Assembly (NCBI GenBank): GCA_016235455.1
Contig: JACRKZ010000157.1
Coordinates: 1-12,176 of the forward strand
Source of the DNA: Armatimonadota bacterium
Lineage (GTDB): Bacteria > Armatimonadota > UBA10988
Direction: 5' to 3'
DNA: 12,176 bases
The notes beneath the pieces were generated by a model, which was not told the origin of the DNA, did no database searches, and worked only from the letters and a program-made list of their open reading frames with translations. Of the stretch, positions 8,085 to 12,176 are shown piece after piece; the stretch's first letter is position 1; each line of letters begins with the position of its first letter. Both the position numbers and the translations under genes were made by a program.

Positions 8085-8513
8085 ATGAAGATCCATCAGC
8101 TATCGGTGTTTCTGGAGAACAAGCCGGGCGCGTTGGCGGTGCCGGTGAAGCTGTTGGCCGAGGCCGGGCTCAACCTGGATACGCTGGCCCTGGCCGACAG
8201 CAGCGAGTACGGCATTCTGCGCCTGATCATGCGCGAATGGGAGCAGGCCAAGACGGTCCTGCAGGCCGCCGGCTGCACGGTCAACGTCGTCGAACTCGTG
8301 GCGGTGGACGTGCCAGACGCGCCGGGCGGCCTGGCCAGCGTGCTCGACGCCATCTCCACCTCGGGCGTCAACATCGAGTACATGTACGGCTTCCCCAGCC
8401 ATGCGGATGGCCAGGCGGCACTGGTGCTGCGCTTCGACGCGCCGGACCGGGCGCTGGAGGCGCTGGCGGCGGCGGGGATTGGCGTGCTGTCGTTGGAGGA
8501 GTTTGTGGGGTAG
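8085..8513 (+). CDS. Tandem ACT-domain (amino-acid-binding) protein, 142 aa
   Basis: MKIHQLSVFLENKPGAL, LADSSEYGILRLI, VPDAPGGLASVL, VNIEYMYGF; GGAGA RBS before ATG 8085. This is the usual neighbour of paaK/ior genes. Confidence 0.92.
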   Translation: MKIHQLSVFLENKPGALAVPVKLLAEAGLNLDTLALADSSEYGILRLIMREWEQAKTVLQAAGCTVNVVELVAVDVPDAPGGLASVLDAISTSGVNIEYMYGFPSHADGQAALVLRFDAPDRALEALAAAGIGVLSLEEFVG

Positions 8514-8519
8514 GGGGCA

Positions 8520-10070
8520 TTAGTCCTGGCTGGCACCGGGCTGGCCGTGGAGCTTGTCGAGCCGGCGCAGCCGGCGGTTCATCAGGCTGAGGGGCGCGAG
8601 CAGCAGCGCGCCCAGTCCGCTCAGCACCAGCCCGATGAGGCCCAGCCAGCTGGACACGGGCGCCAGGTTGTATCGAGCGCTTCGCGGTGGTACCGGCCGT
8701 GCCGGTTCAGCTGTGGGCCGGCTGTAGTAGGGTCGCGAGGGCGAGTAGGCAATTGCCAGTTTCTCGCCAATCTGCCAGGTGTGGCCACCCTCGGCGACGG
8801 ACCGTGTATTCCCGTCATACGTCCTGCCGGCCACTTCGTAGCGGTAGTGCACATGCGGGCCGTCGCCATGGCCAGGGCAGGACCGTGTGGCCACGGCGAT
8901 GGTCTGCGACGCGCTGTTGGCCAGTTCCCAGAGGCCCAGGCGGCGGCTCACCTCGCTCTGGTCGGGAGCCAGCGCGCGTGCCGCCATCAGCAGGCATGCG
9001 CCCGTCATCAGCACGCCTGTCGCCAGTACGCCCAACCAGGCACGGCGCGCGATCGGCCCGTCCAGCAGCGCCACGAATCGCTCGGCCTCCTCGGGGTCCA
9101 TCGGCTCCTGGTCGTCGTCCGGGTCGAACACGGGAAGGAGCAGCTCATCCCAGGCGTCGGTCGAGGCAGCGTTGGTGCGGTCCTCCACGGTCGCCGAAAC
9201 TGATTTGGCCATGATTGCGGCGCACGCGGGCAGGTAGCCGTACGACCCGGCATTCAGCACCACGCGTGCCCGCTGACCCGTCACGGCCACGTACTCGCTG
9301 ATGGCATCGTTTTTCGCATCGCGGTGCAGTTCGATGCGCTGGACCGCCGGCCAAGACAGGCGTCGGCCAAAGCCGCGCCCAGATTCCAGCCCGTCGGCCG
9401 TCAGGCGCACCGCACGTGGCACGGTGCGCTGGATGTACCAGGTCGCCCAGAACAGCACCGCGGCCAGCGGCAACATGATTGCCAGCAGCGTGGCGTCACC
9501 GCTGGCGCACAGTTCGCCGATGCCCATCGCCGCCACCAGGATGCCGAACCCGCCGAAGACGAGCACAAACAAGGTCAGTAGCCAGCCGCCTGACGGGGGT
9601 AGCACCACCAGCCCCAGGCCGGCTACCTGCTGCCGCTGCCGAAGCAATGACCGGTTGTGGAGACCGCGCAGCCGGTCGGCCAAGTCCTGGCCCTCCTCGC
9701 CCAGCAGCTTGATCGAGATCTGCATCTGCTTGCCGTCGCCGGAACCGAGCCGGTACTCTGGCCAGCCGTAGCCGTCGGCGCGCGCTTCCGTGTGCATCAC
9801 ATCCGACCAACGTAGCGAGCAGACTTGGTTCCGGCGCTGGTGGGCGATACCGTCCGCATCCCAGCGGATGGTCTGGCGCGGCAAGGCCCTTGCCACAATG
9901 GCCATGGCGACTGCCGGCACCGCCATGATGGCCCCAAGCCAGCCGAAGATAGAGTCGTTGCGTAGCCACGCGATGAGCAGAATGAAGGCGATTGCACCCA
10001 GGAACGGGCCGGCGTTCTCAGCGCACCACGCGGCCGAACCCGACCGGTAGTTGATCTCGTGCGTCCCCAT
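8520..10070 (-). CDS. Multi-pass membrane protein: two (TM-hairpin + PH-like) modules and a DUF3592-like C-terminal domain, 516 aa
   Basis: About six hydrophobic segments. Internal repeat TIRWDADGI...LRWSDV and AVRLTADGL...LSWPAV. C-terminal VHYRYEVAGRTYDG...IGEKLAIAYSPSRP lies between two TM helices. Confidence 0.7.
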   Translation of the reverse strand: MGTHEINYRSGSAAWCAENAGPFLGAIAFILLIAWLRNDSIFGWLGAIMAVPAVAMAIVARALPRQTIRWDADGIAHQRRNQVCSLRWSDVMHTEARADGYGWPEYRLGSGDGKQMQISIKLLGEEGQDLADRLRGLHNRSLLRQRQQVAGLGLVVLPPSGGWLLTLFVLVFGGFGILVAAMGIGELCASGDATLLAIMLPLAAVLFWATWYIQRTVPRAVRLTADGLESGRGFGRRLSWPAVQRIELHRDAKNDAISEYVAVTGQRARVVLNAGSYGYLPACAAIMAKSVSATVEDRTNAASTDAWDELLLPVFDPDDDQEPMDPEEAERFVALLDGPIARRAWLGVLATGVLMTGACLLMAARALAPDQSEVSRRLGLWELANSASQTIAVATRSCPGHGDGPHVHYRYEVAGRTYDGNTRSVAEGGHTWQIGEKLAIAYSPSRPYYSRPTAEPARPVPPRSARYNLAPVSSWLGLIGLVLSGLGALLLAPLSLMNRRLRRLDKLHGQPGASQD

Positions 10071-10140
10071 GCTGGTTCCCCGCCCACCATTTCCGTCGGC
10101 GGCGCAGGGCTCCTTCGATCTTGTCTTGCGCCTCCTCGGA

Positions 10141-10162
10141 AATGTAGGCTGTACCTACGGAT
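10141..10162. repeat. 22-bp direct repeat copy 1 (AATGTAGGCTGTACCTACGGAT)
   Basis: Identical to 10225-10246 and 11592-11613; internal GTAGG-5nt-CCTAC hairpin. Confidence 0.95.
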
Positions 10163-10224
10163 GCGCGGCGGTCCATTTTCAGCCGCGCCGCGCCGCGCCG
10201 CCCAATCCCAGGCGCCGCGTCCTC

Positions 10225-10246
10225 AATGTAGGCTGTACCTACGGAT
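10225..10246. repeat. 22-bp direct repeat copy 2, overlapping the cytochrome stop codon
   Basis: Exact copy; 24-bp identity with copy 3 (10224-10247 vs 11591-11614). The TGA stop occupies 10246-10248. Confidence 0.95.
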
Positions 10247-11451
10247 CAGTCCGACCCGCCAAACCGATGGTCGAAGCCCTCGTCCGGCGTGCTCGTATGG
10301 CACACCGTGCAGGTGTTGATCGTCCCCGAATGCCCTTGCAGCGCAATCGCCTGCGCGTTGTCCGCGGCGTTGGTCGCTGGGCCGACCGCGTGCGGGCTGC
10401 CGTGGCAGGCGGCGCAGTGGATGCCGTGATGGCCACGGCTGTCGCGGTACAGCGTGCCGGCCTGCTCGAACTCGAAGCCCGAGCGCGTGTGGCAGGTGCC
10501 GCAGCGCGGCTCGTCGACCCAGGGACGGCGCGCGGGGTTGCCCACGGCCGTCATCGACTCATGGCAGTTCTTGCAGGTGATGCCCTTGGCCTTGTGCACA
10601 TCGCGCTGGCATTGGGTGGTCACGCCCGGATGGCAGGCATAGCACTCGTTGGCCAGGCCGGCGGCGGCCATGCGGCCCGAGTGCGAGCTGTGCATCGAGC
10701 TCGACAGGCTGGGCACACCGACGGTGCCGGTGCTGCCCAGGTTGGGCTCGGCGTGGCAGCGGGCGCAGTTCACCGGCTGCTGGCTCTCCAGGTTGGTGCC
10801 ATGCGCGCTGTCGTGCTTGCGCAGGATGTCCACGTCGGCCGAGATGCCCGGCGTGTTGTGACACAGGTTGCAGCTGATCTCCCACGAGACGGGCATCACC
10901 GCCTGCGTGCTGGCCACCTGCGTGGCGCCGGAGGCGACGGCCACCGAGGCCAGTTGGTAGGCGTTGAGCTGGTTGGCGTCGGTCATGGGCGTGAGCGGCA
11001 CGCCAGTCACGCTCCAGTCGTTGTTGCCCGTGGCGGTCATGGTGCCGGTCAGGCCGTGGCCGGTGAGGCCGACATTGGGCGCGGGGGCCGTGCCGAGCAG
11101 CGCGGCGGCGTAGGTCCAGAAGTTGGTCTTGGTGGTCGAGACGGTGTTGCCCGGCACCGAGTAGCCGACCGTGAGACCGGAATCGGTGATGCGCGGCTCG
11201 TCGCCACGGCGCACGACCTGCGCGTGCATGGTGTTGTAGGGCGGCAGGATCATCAGGCTCTGGAAGTCCTGGTTCATGCAGTGCATGCCCAGGTCGTTCC
11301 AGGCGAAGACCACATACGAGCCGCGATTGGTCGGCGGCGTGGTCCCGCCACTGCTGCTGCCGCAGCCGGTCAACCACGCCACGGTGGCCGCCAGCAACAT
11401 GCCGGCCAGCGCCGTGCGCCAGCCTGCCCTACGCCCAGAAGATGCGCCCAA
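10246..11451 (-). CDS. Multiheme (7 x CxxCH) c-type cytochrome lipoprotein, 401 aa
   Basis: TTG start with GGAG 6 nt upstream; lipobox LTGC followed by a G/S/T/P tether. CxxCH motifs: CNLCH, CARCH, CYACH, CKNCH, CGTCH, CAACH, CTVCH. Heme-free N-terminal domain starts VVFAWNDLGMHCMN. Confidence 0.92.
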   Translation of the reverse strand: MGASSGRRAGWRTALAGMLLAATVAWLTGCGSSSGGTTPPTNRGSYVVFAWNDLGMHCMNQDFQSLMILPPYNTMHAQVVRRGDEPRITDSGLTVGYSVPGNTVSTTKTNFWTYAAALLGTAPAPNVGLTGHGLTGTMTATGNNDWSVTGVPLTPMTDANQLNAYQLASVAVASGATQVASTQAVMPVSWEISCNLCHNTPGISADVDILRKHDSAHGTNLESQQPVNCARCHAEPNLGSTGTVGVPSLSSSMHSSHSGRMAAAGLANECYACHPGVTTQCQRDVHKAKGITCKNCHESMTAVGNPARRPWVDEPRCGTCHTRSGFEFEQAGTLYRDSRGHHGIHCAACHGSPHAVGPATNAADNAQAIALQGHSGTINTCTVCHTSTPDEGFDHRFGGSD

Positions 11452-11552
11452 GATGCTCTCCGCGGGCAGATAGATGCCCCGCAGGGTATGGTGACCGCCG
11501 CGCTGGGTGTCGTCAAGGGCAACTGAGCGCGCGCAAGGTGCGGTGGACGCGA

Positions 11553-11586
11553 CCGCGCCGCCCCGGCGGTTGCCTGGGCGGCGCGG
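11553..11586. repeat. GC-rich hairpin adjacent to repeat copy 3
   Basis: CCGCGCCGCCC (11553-11563) pairs perfectly with GGGCGGCGCGG (11576-11586); an inner GGC/GCC pair closes a GGTT loop. Confidence 0.75.
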
Positions 11587-11591
11587 CGGGC

Positions 11592-11613
11592 AATGTAGGC
11601 TGTACCTACGGAT
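11592..11613. repeat. 22-bp direct repeat copy 3, upstream of the cytochrome gene
   Basis: Exact copy of AATGTAGGCTGTACCTACGGAT in the same orientation as copies 1 and 2. Confidence 0.95.
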
Positions 11614-11651
11614 CGGTCAGGGTGTGGTACCGCGTCCAGGCGGAGCGTCCC

Positions 11652-11680
11652 TTGACATGGGCGGCAGGGCACCTCACACT
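11652..11680 (+). promoter_or_regulatory. Putative sigma70-type promoter for the PAP2 gene
   Basis: Perfect TTGACA (11652-11657), 17-nt spacer, CACACT (11675-11680), 27 nt before ATG 11708. Confidence 0.45.
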
Positions 11681-11707
11681 GCCCGCGACCCAAGGAAGCC
11701 CGAACCC

Positions 11708-12176
11708 ATGCCACTGCGACCACTACTCACCGCGCTGACCCTCGCTCTGCTGACCACCGCGGCCCGCGCCGATACCGAGCGCACGTTCTGGGAGATCACC
11801 TCCAACAGCGTGTTTGCGCTGGTGGGCGGCGGCGAGCTGGCCATGGCGCTGGACGGCCGCGACGGTCGGCAGGCGGCGCTGCAGGGGCTGGAGGCGTTGG
11901 CGGCCCAAGGCGCGACAGCGCAGTTGCTCAAGTGGACCGTGCGCGAGAAGCGCCCCAACCGCCGCGAGTTCGACAGCTTCCCCAGTCTGCACGCCTCCAC
12001 GGCGTTCTGCATGGCCGAGATCATCCGGCAGTACGATCCGCGTTGGGCGCCCTACGCCTATGTCGGCGCTGGGCTCATCGCCGCGTCGCGGGTGCAACTC
12101 GACGAGCACCACTGGCAGGATGTCGTGGCCGGCGCGGCGCTGGGCTACGTGTCCGGCCACTACCTGGCCAGGCACC
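11708..12176 (+). CDS. PAP2 family phosphatase (3' end outside window)
   Basis: Not in the ORF track. Manual translation: MPLRPLLTALTLALLTTAARA signal-like N-terminus; C1 KWTVREKRP; C2 SFPSLH; C3 SRVQLDEHHWQD, followed by VVAGAALG. Confidence 0.9.
   Translation, partial: MPLRPLLTALTLALLTTAARADTERTFWEITSNSVFALVGGGELAMALDGRDGRQAALQGLEALAAQGATAQLLKWTVREKRPNRREFDSFPSLHASTAFCMAEIIRQYDPRWAPYAYVGAGLIAASRVQLDEHHWQDVVAGAALGYVSGHYLARH

Noticed and set aside
6593-8088. 469-aa minus ORF 6593..8002 and ORF 7609..8088 containing PQITQMTQM
   Set aside because: The first is the antisense shadow of paaK. The second is an off-frame read-through that merely translates the CAGAT repeat; no GxxExxY gene is present.
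10141-10246. CRISPR mini-array interpretation of the 22-bp repeats
   Set aside because: Only two adjacent copies, a 62-nt low-complexity GC spacer, a third copy 1.37 kb away and no cas genes in the window.
10051-11526. 491-aa plus-strand ORF with repeated NVGCTYG
   Set aside because: Antisense to the cytochrome gene; the repeated peptide is only the translation of the 22-bp DNA repeat.
10141-11614. Integron attC sites or IS terminal repeats
   Set aside because: No RYYYAAC...GTTRRRY ends; the repeats are direct rather than inverted; no integrase or transposase and no visible target-site duplication.

Overview
High-GC bacterial chromosomal window with 12 supportable CDSs and no RNA gene, transposase, integrase or CRISPR array. 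Left: a tightly packed minus-strand operon (secreted alpha/beta-hydrolase, GNAT, double-GNAT, PhzF-family isomerase, secreted SGNH hydrolase running off the window). Centre: a divergent plus-strand iorA-iorB-paaK-ACT cluster; IorA lacks the usual C-terminal ferredoxin domain. Right: a minus-strand 7-heme c-type cytochrome lipoprotein and a membrane protein with two PH-like modules and a DUF3592-like domain, then a divergent PAP2 phosphatase cut by the window end. The most notable signal is three distinct short palindromic or repeat families within 12 kb: (1) a 78-bp near-perfect hairpin inserted exactly in frame (26 codons) inside a GNAT domain; (2) three identical 22-bp direct repeats with a GTAGG/CCTAC core that bracket the cytochrome gene, one overlapping its stop codon; (3) 9-bp-periodic CAGAT/ATCTG inverted repeats on both sides of paaK. 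All family assignments come from motif recognition by eye, not from database searches.
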